Origin: Bacteroidales bacterium
GTDB lineage: Bacteria > Bacteroidota > Bacteroidia > Bacteroidales > VadinHA17
Length of the DNA: 64,000 bases
Reading direction: 5' to 3'
NCBI GenBank assembly: GCA_025454815.1
Contig: JALONR010000013.1
Coordinates: forward strand, 37,140 to 101,139
Each line of letters begins with the position of its first letter. Positions within the stretch are counted from its first letter, which is position 1. Of this stretch, positions 1 through 9,249 are shown piece by piece. Made by a program: the position numbers and the translations under genes. The notes under the pieces are model-generated. The model worked only from the letters and a program-made list of their open reading frames with translations, was not told the origin of the DNA and searched no databases.

Positions 1-81
1 GCAAGAACCAGGCTGAGAAAGAAGCTGGGGATTGCCAATACAGGAGAGAACCTCAGTTCATTCCTGAGCCAGCTCCAGTGA
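1..81 (+). CDS. 3' end of a gene that enters the window from the left (…ARTRLRKKLGIANTGENLSSFLSQLQ*); possibly the HTH tail of a sigma-70/LuxR-type regulator
   Basis: Frame 1 is open from base 1 to the TGA at 79-81. The basic helix plus KLGI.N resembles region-4/LuxR HTH C-termini. Only 26 codons are visible. Confidence 0.3.
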   Translation, partial: ARTRLRKKLGIANTGENLSSFLSQLQ

Positions 82-289
82 TCAGCTGTTTTATGGCAAT
101 TTGATATAGGCCTGGTATACAGGAATATGCATGGTGTTGTATCTAAATTGTATCTATTTATCAGGATCCTGCTATCGTTTTTGTATTCACCTGTTTTTTC
201 GTTTACGATGGGTTTATGAATAATATTGGTACGCTGTACCGGCGCATTTGAATGGACAGCGACCAAAACTTAACCTAAAACAACTCGAA

Positions 290-3200
290 ATGAAGAAAAC
301 TATCGGATTTCGGGATATTTGCATGCGAAATATCCTGTATGTACAGGGTCAAAGGGCCCTGCTTGCTTCATTAGCGCTGTTTTTGTGGCTGGCACCTGGT
401 GTGATTTTTGCCGTGGGGGCCGGCTCAATTACAGACGAAGAAACAACCGGGGTAATGCTCAGTCAGCAGAAAGTAACAGTCACCGGTACTGTTTTATCAC
501 AGTCAGATGGGTTGCCACTGCCGGGTGCGGCTGTTATTGAAAAGGGTACTCTCAATGCAACCAATACGGATCAGGCTGGCCGGTTCAGCATTTCGGTGGC
601 CGGAGAGAACTCTGTGGTTGTCGTATCATTCATGGGTATGAAGCCATTTGAAATCACGGTTTCAGAGATAGAATCACCGCTGGTTGTTTCCCTTCAGGAG
701 GACAATTTCAACCTGGAGGAGGTGATTGTAACCGGTTACGGATCTCTTAAGAAGGAGGCATATGCAGGATCAGCCAGCATCATCAAGATGGACAACCTTG
801 CTGACGTTCCTGTAACCAACCTTGGTCAGTTGCTGCAGGGATCAACTGCAGGTGTTCAGTTCACAAGCACCTCAGGCCAGCCCGGGGCAGCCACCCAGAT
901 AAGGATCAGGGGTACAGGTTCATTTAATGCTTCCAATGATCCGCTGTATGTTGTTGACGGCGTTCCAATCATTTCAGGAAACGTATCCACCCTTGGTACC
1001 AGCTCCGGTCTCGATATTCTTGCAACGATGAACCCCTCGGACATCGAGAGTATTTCAATTATCAAGGATGCTGCAGCTGCATCGCTTTATGGATCAAGAG
1101 CTGCAAACGGTGTGATAATCATTACCACGAAGAAGGGAAGTTCTGGCGAGGCAAAGATCAATCTCAAAACCGAATTCGGATTTTCCGATTTTGCAGTTGA
1201 GTACAGGCCCTTTATGGATGGTGATGAGAGGCGTGAGACAATTTATGAAGGGTTGATCAATGAAGGCAAGTATTATCTCGGTCTTGACGAGGCTCAGAGC
1301 ATAGCACATGCTGATGCAAACATCGATGAATATGCTGCCCTGCCATGGACCGGGGAATGGACTGACTGGAAATCAATCCTCTTCAGGAAAGGCAGTTACA
1401 CTAGTCATGAAGTCTCCGTAGCCGGCGGAACGGATAAAATAAAGTATTTCTCTTCACTGGGTTACACCGATCAGAAGGGAATCTCCGTGATGGGCTTCCT
1501 GAAAAGGCTGTCAGGTCGTTTCAACCTGAGCTATGATGCCACAAAAAGACTGTCCGTCGGTGCCAACCTGCTTTTCTCCAATGTAAAGCAGAGTACCAAC
1601 ACTGAGGGTACGGCTTATCTCAGCCCGTTCTATTCAGTTTTCAATACTGTAACTCCCAGGGATGTTCCTTTCCTTCCTGACGGAAGCTATGCCTTCGAAT
1701 TTCCCAGGAATGGCACAGGAAGAAACCCCAAGGCCTATGCAGACCTCAACTATCAGATAGAGAACATCACCAGGGCGTTCAACACCATCTTTGCAGGATA
1801 CAGGATCATTGACAATCTTGAATTCAGATCAACGCTGAGTTATGATTTCAATATGGTAAAGGGTGATCAGTTTACACATCCCCTTACCTCATACCCCCCG
1901 AACCTGGGAACGATTTACAAATCCTTTGATGATGTCAGGAGTACCGTCTGGTCAAACAGTCTTCAGTATGTGAAAACCTTTGCCAGGGTGCACAATTTTG
2001 ACGGCCTTATTGCATATGAAACAACTGACTACAACAAGGACAATATCTATGCTTCAAAAGAAAACCTTGCAAACTGGAACCTGGTGGAGCTTGACAACTT
2101 CTCGGTTTCAAGGTATGTGGAAGGTTATGAAAGGGGATACAGGATGATCTCATACGTTTCAAGGTTCAATTATGATTATAATAAAAAGTATTATGCCGGA
2201 TTCAGCTTCAGGCGAGACGGAAGTTCCAGGCTGGCGCCCGAGAGCCGGTGGGGTAACTTCTGGTCTCTGTCAGCTGCCTGGAAAGTCTCAGAGGAGCCTT
2301 TCTTCGCAGGGCTTAATGATCTTTTCCCGGAAGTAAAACTGAGAGCTTCATACGGTGTCAACGGGACTCTGCCTTCAGGGTATTATGAATATATGGGTCT
2401 GTCAAGCTATGGCGCCGATTATAACGGCCAGCCGGGCATTGTTGAGACCCAGTTCTTCAACAACAATCTTAAGTGGGAAACCAACTACAACTCCAACCTC
2501 GGATTTGATGTAAATGTAAAGAATATTGTAAGGTTCTCGCTGGAGCTGTACAGCAGGCTTACCAAGGACCTTCTCATGAATGAACCCACCTCCCTTACCA
2601 CGGGGTTCAGTTCCATCCTGAGCAATATTGGAGAAATGAGGAACCGGGGTTTTGAATTTGAAGTCATGACCAATAACATTTCAAACAGGAATTTCAACTG
2701 GACTTCAAGTTTTAATATCTCCCACAACAATAACGAGATACTTGTGCTTGATGGCGTGCAGACCTCTATAATAAGCGGGACACAGATCAGGATGGTGGGC
2801 AAGCCTTACCATACCTTCTATCTCCGTGAGTTCGCCGGAATCGATCCTGCTGATGGAATGACATGGTTCTATACCAACACCCTGGATGCGAATGGCAATT
2901 ATGTCAAGGAGAAAACCAAGGACCTTAACACCGCAAATGCAATTCCTCTTCAGAGTCCGTATCCCAAAGTGCTTGGAGGATTGGTGAATAATTTCAGGAT
3001 CTTCTTTGTGGATCTCGGTTTTACCTTCACATATTCACTCGGAGGGTACTCATATGATTCTGCCGCAGGAAAGCTCGATAAGGAGGGAACCACGAACGGC
3101 CTCGATGCAAACATACCCATTTACTACCGTGACAGATGGAGGAAGCCCGGCGACGAATCCATTTATGGAATCTATATTGCCAATAACAGATGGGACCTGG

Positions 3201-3460
3201 CAGACGGTTATTCAAATTCAAGACGGATACACAGCACAGATCATCTCAGGCTCAAGAATATAAGTCTCGGGATTACCGTTCCCTCAAAGTACACTGACTA
3301 TGCAAGAATAGAGCGTGCCAGGGTCTTTGCTTCAGCCAGCAACATCTGGACACTTGCGAGCTGGGATATGTATGACCCGGAGGTGGGTAGCGATGGCGTT
3401 ATGGCATGGCAGACTCCCCCGATGAAGACTGTAACATTTGGACTGGATCTTACATTTTAA
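290..3460 (+). CDS. SusC/RagA-family TonB-linked outer membrane receptor
   Basis: Signal peptide. CarboxypepD_reg-like segment (VTGTVLSQSDGLPLPGAAVIEKGT…DQAGRFSI). Plug motif NLEEVIVTGYGS…AGSASII. Long beta-barrel ending in …TFGLDLTF. Immediately followed by a SusD-like gene. The ATG at 290 is preferred over the track's TTG at 248. Confidence 0.93.
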   Translation: MKKTIGFRDICMRNILYVQGQRALLASLALFLWLAPGVIFAVGAGSITDEETTGVMLSQQKVTVTGTVLSQSDGLPLPGAAVIEKGTLNATNTDQAGRFSISVAGENSVVVVSFMGMKPFEITVSEIESPLVVSLQEDNFNLEEVIVTGYGSLKKEAYAGSASIIKMDNLADVPVTNLGQLLQGSTAGVQFTSTSGQPGAATQIRIRGTGSFNASNDPLYVVDGVPIISGNVSTLGTSSGLDILATMNPSDIESISIIKDAAAASLYGSRAANGVIIITTKKGSSGEAKINLKTEFGFSDFAVEYRPFMDGDERRETIYEGLINEGKYYLGLDEAQSIAHADANIDEYAALPWTGEWTDWKSILFRKGSYTSHEVSVAGGTDKIKYFSSLGYTDQKGISVMGFLKRLSGRFNLSYDATKRLSVGANLLFSNVKQSTNTEGTAYLSPFYSVFNTVTPRDVPFLPDGSYAFEFPRNGTGRNPKAYADLNYQIENITRAFNTIFAGYRIIDNLEFRSTLSYDFNMVKGDQFTHPLTSYPPNLGTIYKSFDDVRSTVWSNSLQYVKTFARVHNFDGLIAYETTDYNKDNIYASKENLANWNLVELDNFSVSRYVEGYERGYRMISYVSRFNYDYNKKYYAGFSFRRDGSSRLAPESRWGNFWSLSAAWKVSEEPFFAGLNDLFPEVKLRASYGVNGTLPSGYYEYMGLSSYGADYNGQPGIVETQFFNNNLKWETNYNSNLGFDVNVKNIVRFSLELYSRLTKDLLMNEPTSLTTGFSSILSNIGEMRNRGFEFEVMTNNISNRNFNWTSSFNISHNNNEILVLDGVQTSIISGTQIRMVGKPYHTFYLREFAGIDPADGMTWFYTNTLDANGNYVKEKTKDLNTANAIPLQSPYPKVLGGLVNNFRIFFVDLGFTFTYSLGGYSYDSAAGKLDKEGTTNGLDANIPIYYRDRWRKPGDESIYGIYIANNRWDLADGYSNSRRIHSTDHLRLKNISLGITVPSKYTDYARIERARVFASASNIWTLASWDMYDPEVGSDGVMAWQTPPMKTVTFGLDLTF

Positions 3461-3462
3461 AC

Positions 3463-4917
3463 ATGAAAAAGATGAAAAAGATACTATACGTTTTGATCCT
3501 TCTTCCGTTCTTCCTGTACTCATGCAGTGAAGACTGGGTTGATCTCAAGCCAACCACCCAGGTCGTCTCGCTTGAAGCGATAAAGAACCTTGTAGATGCC
3601 GATTATGCTATAAATGGCATTTACTCTACATTTCAGAGTTATGAATACTACGGAGCCAGGATGCAGTATTATGCTGATGTTACCGGTGATGATATGCAGG
3701 CAACAGGGACAAACAAGAGAAGCTCCCAGTTCTATATGATGATAAGCAATACCGATAATGTCTACACATCGCTGTGGGCCATGCCAATGAGGGTAATGCG
3801 TTATGCCAACAACATACTCTCACAGATTGACGGCCTTGAAGTAACCCCTTCAGAGGAGGCAAAAAGGAATGACCTGAAAGGACAGGCACTGGCCCTGAGG
3901 GCACTTGCCCTTTTTGACCTGACAAGGGTTTACGGAAGCACATACCTGAAAGACAACGGGGCATCACTGGGAGGGTGCATCATTACTGAGCCTGTAGGGC
4001 CTGGCTATATGCCTGAGAGGAGCACTGTAAGCGAGTGCTATGCCCAGGTGATCAGTGATCTTAATGCGGCCATCCCGTTGCTGGGTGAATCAAAGAATGA
4101 CGGAAAGATCAACCGGTGGGCAGCAAAAACACTGCTCAGCAGGGTTTACCTTTACAAGGGAGACAATGCCAATGCCCTTACACAGGCGGAAGAGGCTATC
4201 ACCGGTGCTTCAGGAAAGGGTTACAGGCTATGGACAAATGCCGAGTACGCATCTGCAACAGCAGCCTGGAGAAGCAAGTTTACCCCTGAGGTACTGTTCG
4301 AGGTGGTCAATAATGTCAGCGACAGGGCAGGCAATGACGGAATTGCATACCTGATGCTCAGAAGCGGATATAATGACATTGTCATGACCGAGGCCTTCCT
4401 GACACTGCTGAATGAAGATCCCCTGGATGTCAGGCATGGTATCACAAAACTCGAAACATCGAGCAGCGCCTACAACAGAACCCGGCCTGTTTATCTGCTT
4501 AAATATACAGGACCGGAAACCGATGTGCGCAATGCAAATATCCCCATAATCAGGATCTCCGAAGCGTATCTTAATGCAGCTGAAAGCGCTGTCAAGCTTG
4601 GAAACAATGATAAGGCGATACAATACCTTGACCCTATTGTAAAAAGAGCCAATCCTGCAAACACCGTTGAGGGAACAGTGACTCTTGAACAGGTAATAAA
4701 GCAAAGACGCAAGGAGTTTGTGGGAGAAGGTCACAGGCAGTTTGACGCCCTGAGAAATAACGAAACGATTCACAGGACAGGAGGATGGCATGTGTCAGGC
4801 CTCATTGATGATGTGAAAAGTTACAACAGGGATTATTTCCATGCCATACTGCCCATTCCGCGCTACGAAATGGACGCAAATGAGAATATGGACCAGAATC
4901 CGGGCTATTCTCGTTAA
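3463..4917 (+). CDS. SusD/RagB-family nutrient-binding outer membrane lipoprotein
   Basis: Lipoprotein signal MKKMKKILYVLILLPFFLYSC. TPR-like SusD features (…RALALFDLTRVYG…, LLSRVYLYKGD, ISEAYLNAAE, QRRKEFVGEGHRQFDALR). Starts 3 nt after the SusC stop. The track's upstream extension to 3406 overlaps SusC and is rejected. Confidence 0.92.
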   Translation: MKKMKKILYVLILLPFFLYSCSEDWVDLKPTTQVVSLEAIKNLVDADYAINGIYSTFQSYEYYGARMQYYADVTGDDMQATGTNKRSSQFYMMISNTDNVYTSLWAMPMRVMRYANNILSQIDGLEVTPSEEAKRNDLKGQALALRALALFDLTRVYGSTYLKDNGASLGGCIITEPVGPGYMPERSTVSECYAQVISDLNAAIPLLGESKNDGKINRWAAKTLLSRVYLYKGDNANALTQAEEAITGASGKGYRLWTNAEYASATAAWRSKFTPEVLFEVVNNVSDRAGNDGIAYLMLRSGYNDIVMTEAFLTLLNEDPLDVRHGITKLETSSSAYNRTRPVYLLKYTGPETDVRNANIPIIRISEAYLNAAESAVKLGNNDKAIQYLDPIVKRANPANTVEGTVTLEQVIKQRRKEFVGEGHRQFDALRNNETIHRTGGWHVSGLIDDVKSYNRDYFHAILPIPRYEMDANENMDQNPGYSR

Positions 4918-4945
4918 GGCTTCTGCCGGTTTTAACTGACAGATT

Positions 4946-5091
4946 GAAAGACTGTTTGCAGAAAAGCTGATCAGTCAGCCTGCAAAAGTGCGGATCAGGT
5001 TTTACAGGGATTTGGAGGCCTGATCATAAATACGGGACACCTGAAAGCGTAAGTGATTAGTTATCACTGCAAACAGTCTTTCTCTTTTTTT
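4946..5091 (+). terminator. Long-range hairpin followed by a T-tract downstream of susD; a complex intrinsic terminator or a structured RNA
   Basis: Perfect 16-bp inverted repeat: gaaagactgtttgcag (4946-4961) and ctgcaaacagtctttc (5067-5082). It is followed directly by tctcttttttt. The ~105-nt interior holds mutually exclusive sub-hairpins (ctgatc/gatcag, gatcagg/cctgatc, gtgat/atcac). Confidence 0.45.
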
Positions 5092-5133
5092 AACGGTCTC
5101 CGCACCGACTATTTACCCTAACAATTGTCAGAC

Positions 5134-6555
5134 ATGAATCTTATATATATAATTTTCAGCTTTTTCCTGGCTTCATCAGTTGCCCTGACATCTCTGTTTG
5201 ATTCTTCCCGGATCCGTTCATCCGGATCCATTTCAACGGAAACCAGGTATTCGGAAGGTGCAGATGAGGGGATCCGGCAGGCCGACATATTTTACAATGA
5301 CAGCGTGTTTCTGGCTGTCAGGTCAGGTGATGCACGATTGATGAGAGACCTCATCCGCAGGGGAGCGGACATCAACATAAGGGATGACAGAGGCTGGTCG
5401 CCGCTTGACTATGCCCGCAAGAATAACAGAAAGGAGATCAGGGACATTCTGCAGGCCGCCGGCGCTCTTACTTTCCCTAAACCAATACCTGCCATGAAGG
5501 ACGGTCCTCATGTCAGAGTGATCGATACATCCGGTGCAGAAATATATTACCTGGTACATGACACCACATCCGGCCGGTCGCTGATACTGCGTGATACGGT
5601 TCTGTTTTCTGATATGCCGGTATTGGTAAACGGTGTATCAGTATCTCCGGCTGACTTCGGGATAAACGGAGCCTGCGCTGAACCTATTACCGACTTCAAG
5701 ACCGGAGGTCAGATATTCGTTGTAGGTGATATGCACGGAGAATATTCGAGGACTGCTGACATGCTCAGGACCAATGGAATAATTGATGAGAACGGAGACT
5801 GGGCCTGGGGCAAGGGTCATCTCGTCTTCGTGGGTGATATTTTCGACAGGGGCAGTGAGGTGATGGAAGCCCTGTGGATGATTTACAGGCTTGAGAAACA
5901 GGCCGTGTTGAGCGGTGGGATGGTACACATGGTACTGGGTAATCATGAACCTATGATCTTCAATAATGATCTGCGGTATGTTACAGGCGACTATTACTCA
6001 TTATGTGACAACCTCCATCTGAACTACAGTGATCTGTTTGACTATAAAAGTCTACTTGGTTTCTGGCTGAGACAAAAGCCGGTTGGAATCAGAATTAATA
6101 ACTATTTGTTTGTTCATGCAGGTTTTTCGCCTGAGTTTATAAGGAGGGAGGTCGGTCTCGATTCTGTTAACCGTCTTGTATGGAGATATATGAACGGAAA
6201 AGAGAATCCTGCTGACACTGAACTGCGTCAATTTATCCTTGGAGGGTCCGGTGTGCTATGGTACAGGGGACTGGTTGATGAGGACCCGTCATGGGATGTT
6301 ATTGACAGTGAGTCACTGGCAGAGTGTCTTGAATTTTACGACTGTGATGCGCTGGTCATTGGCCATACGGAAGTTGATTCAATTAAATACTTCTTCGATG
6401 GAAGGGTTATTGACGTCAATATTCCAAAGAGAAAAATGAACATATCGGAACAGGGATTGCTCATCAAAGGGAGGAATCTGAAAATAATTTACCAGGACGG
6501 TACAGCAAGGAGACTTATCAGGGTAAAGAAGTTCAACCGGCAGGACTGGAATTAA
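5134..6555 (+). CDS. Calcineurin-like metallophosphoesterase (Shelph/PPP-like) with N-terminal signal/TM and an ankyrin repeat
   Basis: ANK repeat (AVRSGDARLMRDLIRRGADINIRDDRGWSPLDYARKNN). Phosphoesterase motifs GDMHGE, GDIFDRG, GNHE, and HAGF. Confidence 0.8.
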   Translation: MNLIYIIFSFFLASSVALTSLFDSSRIRSSGSISTETRYSEGADEGIRQADIFYNDSVFLAVRSGDARLMRDLIRRGADINIRDDRGWSPLDYARKNNRKEIRDILQAAGALTFPKPIPAMKDGPHVRVIDTSGAEIYYLVHDTTSGRSLILRDTVLFSDMPVLVNGVSVSPADFGINGACAEPITDFKTGGQIFVVGDMHGEYSRTADMLRTNGIIDENGDWAWGKGHLVFVGDIFDRGSEVMEALWMIYRLEKQAVLSGGMVHMVLGNHEPMIFNNDLRYVTGDYYSLCDNLHLNYSDLFDYKSLLGFWLRQKPVGIRINNYLFVHAGFSPEFIRREVGLDSVNRLVWRYMNGKENPADTELRQFILGGSGVLWYRGLVDEDPSWDVIDSESLAECLEFYDCDALVIGHTEVDSIKYFFDGRVIDVNIPKRKMNISEQGLLIKGRNLKIIYQDGTARRLIRVKKFNRQDWN

Positions 6556-6564
6556 TTATTTAAT

Positions 6565-6687
6565 GCCGCAGAGCCGGCAGGGATCTGATCTTTCGGCAGA
6601 TCCGGCAGGGATTTGTTCTGCCGCAGAGCCGGCAGGGATCTGATCTTTCGACAAATCCGGCAGGGATTTGTTCTGCGGCAGATCCGG
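6565..6687. repeat. About 2.2 copies of a 55-bp tandem repeat between convergent genes
   Basis: Unit gccgcagagccggcagggatctgatctttcggcagatccggcagggatttgttct at 6565-6619. It repeats at 6620-6674 with 2 mismatches, with a partial third copy to ~6687. Each unit has the internal sub-repeat ccggcaggga-t-tg-tc and the hairpin ggatctg…cagatcc. Confidence 0.9.
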
Positions 6688-6724
6688 AGATGGTCTGCTC
6701 CTCTGGCGCTTCCCTTTACTATTG

Positions 6725-7483
6725 TTATAAAAACTCTATTTCAATGGATCCTCCCATTGACACCTGGTCACCGGTGACAATGACGACAGACAAAATTCCG
6801 GCAGTTCCTGCTGCCATTTCAGTTAAGGGTCCTGCCATTGTTTTGTCCTTCACTTCGTTGCAGAATGCAGTTGCATATGCGTCTGCCAGTGCGCCGTCTC
6901 GGCAGGCAATCATGCATGCATCAGCCACCCCGAAGCTGAGCGAATGGCCAACCGTTCCCGAGGAACAGCAGAGGGCAACAGGCGTATCAGCCGGTCCTGG
7001 CCGCAGAGCAATCTTTTCCGAGAGGGGAGAGTCGCCGGCAAAAACTGCCACCGTGGCCGGAGCTGTCAGCTTCATGTAGATGTCACCTCCATTTTCCACC
7101 ACCACCTCATCAGCGCGGAATTCTTCAAGGAGATCCCTGCAGACGTATTCAGCCATCGCACCGGCCACGGCGCTCATCGGCCCGGTCCCTGCCGCCATGG
7201 CTGCATCACTCATGGCTTTTATCAACGGATGAACACCCCCGGGAGCCACAACAGGTGTCAGCGAATCCCTGAACTCAGGGTACAGGGTAATGTGCTCCTC
7301 CAGTACCAGCCGGTAAAAGAGAATCCGGTCCATTGTGAACTTTTCAGCCTCCTTACGGTAGTGTTCGCTGTCAACCGCAACCCACAGATCGGTTTCGCGC
7401 CAGGCAGAGCGGAAGCTTATCCACCGGCTGTTGCCCATGGCTTCACGGTAGAGCCGGGGCTGATATGCAGTACTTTTAGCCAA
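6725..7483 (-). CDS. UPF0280 family protein (ApbE-like fold)
   Basis: N-terminus …YQPRLYRE…SFRSAWRETDLWVAV is typical of UPF0280. Translationally coupled (8-nt overlap) to the upstream NIL-ferredoxin gene. Confidence 0.7.
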   Translation of the reverse strand: MAKSTAYQPRLYREAMGNSRWISFRSAWRETDLWVAVDSEHYRKEAEKFTMDRILFYRLVLEEHITLYPEFRDSLTPVVAPGGVHPLIKAMSDAAMAAGTGPMSAVAGAMAEYVCRDLLEEFRADEVVVENGGDIYMKLTAPATVAVFAGDSPLSEKIALRPGPADTPVALCCSSGTVGHSLSFGVADACMIACRDGALADAYATAFCNEVKDKTMAGPLTEMAAGTAGILSVVIVTGDQVSMGGSIEIEFL

Positions 7484-7886
7484 GATCTATTGAGAATAGT
7501 TTCAAAGGACAGGCTGTGAGACAGAGTTCACACATCACACATTTTTCAGGCTCAAACACCAGTTCGGCCGTACTGCGGTTCATTGTCAGCGCGCCCGCAA
7601 AGCAAACCGCCGAACATGCTCCGCAGTGGATGCACAGATCCTCACTGTAGGTGATCTTCCTGTCAATGGGAACACACTCCACGTTCTGCCGTTTCATGTA
7701 GTCCATCCCCTCCTTAAGGACCTTTGAAGGGGCGGTCATCTCCATCACCAGGTGACCCACCTGCCCTGGCGTTACGTCAGCCTTGACAATATTTACCATT
7801 ATGTCAAACTTCCTGATGAGGTTATATGTTATAGGCTCACCCGTCGCTTCGGGCGGGAATGTCAGCACAAATCTCCTGCTTTTCAT
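7476..7886 (-). CDS. NIL-domain protein fused to a 2x[4Fe-4S] ferredoxin
   Basis: NIL-like N-terminus (PITYNLIRKFDIMVNIVKADV). Two cluster motifs, CIHCGACSAVC and CVMCELCLTACP. Confidence 0.8.
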   Translation of the reverse strand: MKSRRFVLTFPPEATGEPITYNLIRKFDIMVNIVKADVTPGQVGHLVMEMTAPSKVLKEGMDYMKRQNVECVPIDRKITYSEDLCIHCGACSAVCFAGALTMNRSTAELVFEPEKCVMCELCLTACPLKLFSIDLG

Positions 7887-8000
7887 TTTTTTGTAAGTTT
7901 TGCATTTTTTCGTCTTGCGGAACCTGCCGGAAACATGGTAATTAAATCACTCTGTTTGTCCATGGTCGTGCACGTTTCGGGCAAATGGTTTCCTTTATCA

Positions 8001-9152
8001 TTATAACCTTATTTGCAGGCTGTTGAGTCCTGCCGTTTTCCTGAACAGCTCAACCGGCTCCGTCAGAATGAACCGGCCGGCCACGATTTCCTCCCTGAGG
8101 ATTGAAGCAATCTCTCGCGCAACCTTTACACTTGACAGGGGTGCGGTCCTGATTTTCTTTCCACTGAGAGTTATCTCACCTGAGAAAAGCGATTGATAAT
8201 CAGTCCTTCCCAGTACACCGTTTGCAGGATTGCCGTAATCAATGACATTGGTCTCTATCTGGCTGTTCCGTATCATAACCCTGCGGGCCATATCCTCATC
8301 AAGTACGGGTATTGGTATTCCGACGCCTACAAATATTGAGACCCCGTATTTCTCAAAATAGGCTGCTTTTATAAACCTGGTGTCCATCTCTTTTGCATTG
8401 CCTATGAGGGCAAGGGTGGCTGAATTACCCACGGGCACTCCATGTTCATTGACAGGCTTGCCCGTGTTGAACTGTGTACCGTGCCATGCCACGTAACCTG
8501 TGGCGCCGCCGAAGAAGATGCGGGTTCCGATGCCGATGGTCCGCATCTCCGGATCATTCAAAAGGGGACTCAGCTCACCGGAGGTTGAGAATGTTGCATT
8601 GCCGAACGATGGCAGCAGGGTTCCCATGTAGGTGTATTTCATTTTTGATGTACTGTTAACCGCTACATTGTAGTTCTGGTATGCGTTTCGCGGATTGAAC
8701 ATTATCATCTCGTTGACCCTCTCCCTGTTGATCAGGGTCCTTATTTCGGTTCGAGGGTAACAGTCTGTTCCCTTGGCAGTTGCCTGCAGGAGGACATCCT
8801 TTCCGGCTATCAGTTCTTCAATGACATGTGCTCCCCCGTACTGGTCATGCGGCAGGGCTGTTTCCGTGGCACCTATATAGGCATCAACGGCTGCTATGCC
8901 TCCAAAGACGGGAACGTTGTTCAGCGTGAGTCTTTCCATGCGCATAGGCGGATCAGTATGACCGAAGTTGATGAACATGCCCGATGAGCACATTGGCCCG
9001 AAGGTACCCGTGGTGACCACGTCAACCTTTTCTGCGATCCTGGCGGGAGTAGATTCACGGCCCATGGCCGCTACCTGTTCTGCAGTCAGAACCACCGCCC
9101 TGCCGCTGCGGATCTTCTCATTGATCTCTTCTACGCTTTTCTTTTTACCCAT
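8001..9152 (-). CDS. Homocysteine biosynthesis protein, COG1900 / HcyBio (DUF39) family
   Basis: About 380 aa. N-terminus KSVEEINEKIRSGRAVVLTAEQV…, with a family-typical length and layout. Sits with NIL-ferredoxin and UPF0280 and behind a SAM riboswitch. Confidence 0.75.
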   Translation of the reverse strand: MGKKKSVEEINEKIRSGRAVVLTAEQVAAMGRESTPARIAEKVDVVTTGTFGPMCSSGMFINFGHTDPPMRMERLTLNNVPVFGGIAAVDAYIGATETALPHDQYGGAHVIEELIAGKDVLLQATAKGTDCYPRTEIRTLINRERVNEMIMFNPRNAYQNYNVAVNSTSKMKYTYMGTLLPSFGNATFSTSGELSPLLNDPEMRTIGIGTRIFFGGATGYVAWHGTQFNTGKPVNEHGVPVGNSATLALIGNAKEMDTRFIKAAYFEKYGVSIFVGVGIPIPVLDEDMARRVMIRNSQIETNVIDYGNPANGVLGRTDYQSLFSGEITLSGKKIRTAPLSSVKVAREIASILREEIVAGRFILTEPVELFRKTAGLNSLQIRL

Positions 9153-9249
9153 GACATATCAAATTAAAATATTCATAAACAAATACATACAGTGATTTCT
9201 CACACTGCTTAAAATCTTTGCTCTGGCTTGTGGCTGGTCGCAAAAATCT

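Noticed and set aside
3406-3462. Upstream extension of the SusD ORF, and similar long starts at 39790, 55874, 59220 and 62054
   Set aside because: The extensions overlap the preceding gene and precede canonical N-termini (lipoprotein signal, MSTSQKK…[13 protein letters not shown]…, MSEFVYV…, RIILGIDPG). Internal starts are preferred.
6565-6687. Possible CRISPR array
   Set aside because: The repeats are directly tandem (55-bp units) with no unique spacers, and there are no cas genes in the window.
6690-7519. Plus-strand ORFs 6690-7079 and 6944-7519 (129 and 191 aa)
   Set aside because: They lie fully antisense to the well-supported UPF0280 gene. Their composition is Arg/Ala/Gly-rich, typical of shadow frames, and they have no recognisable motifs.
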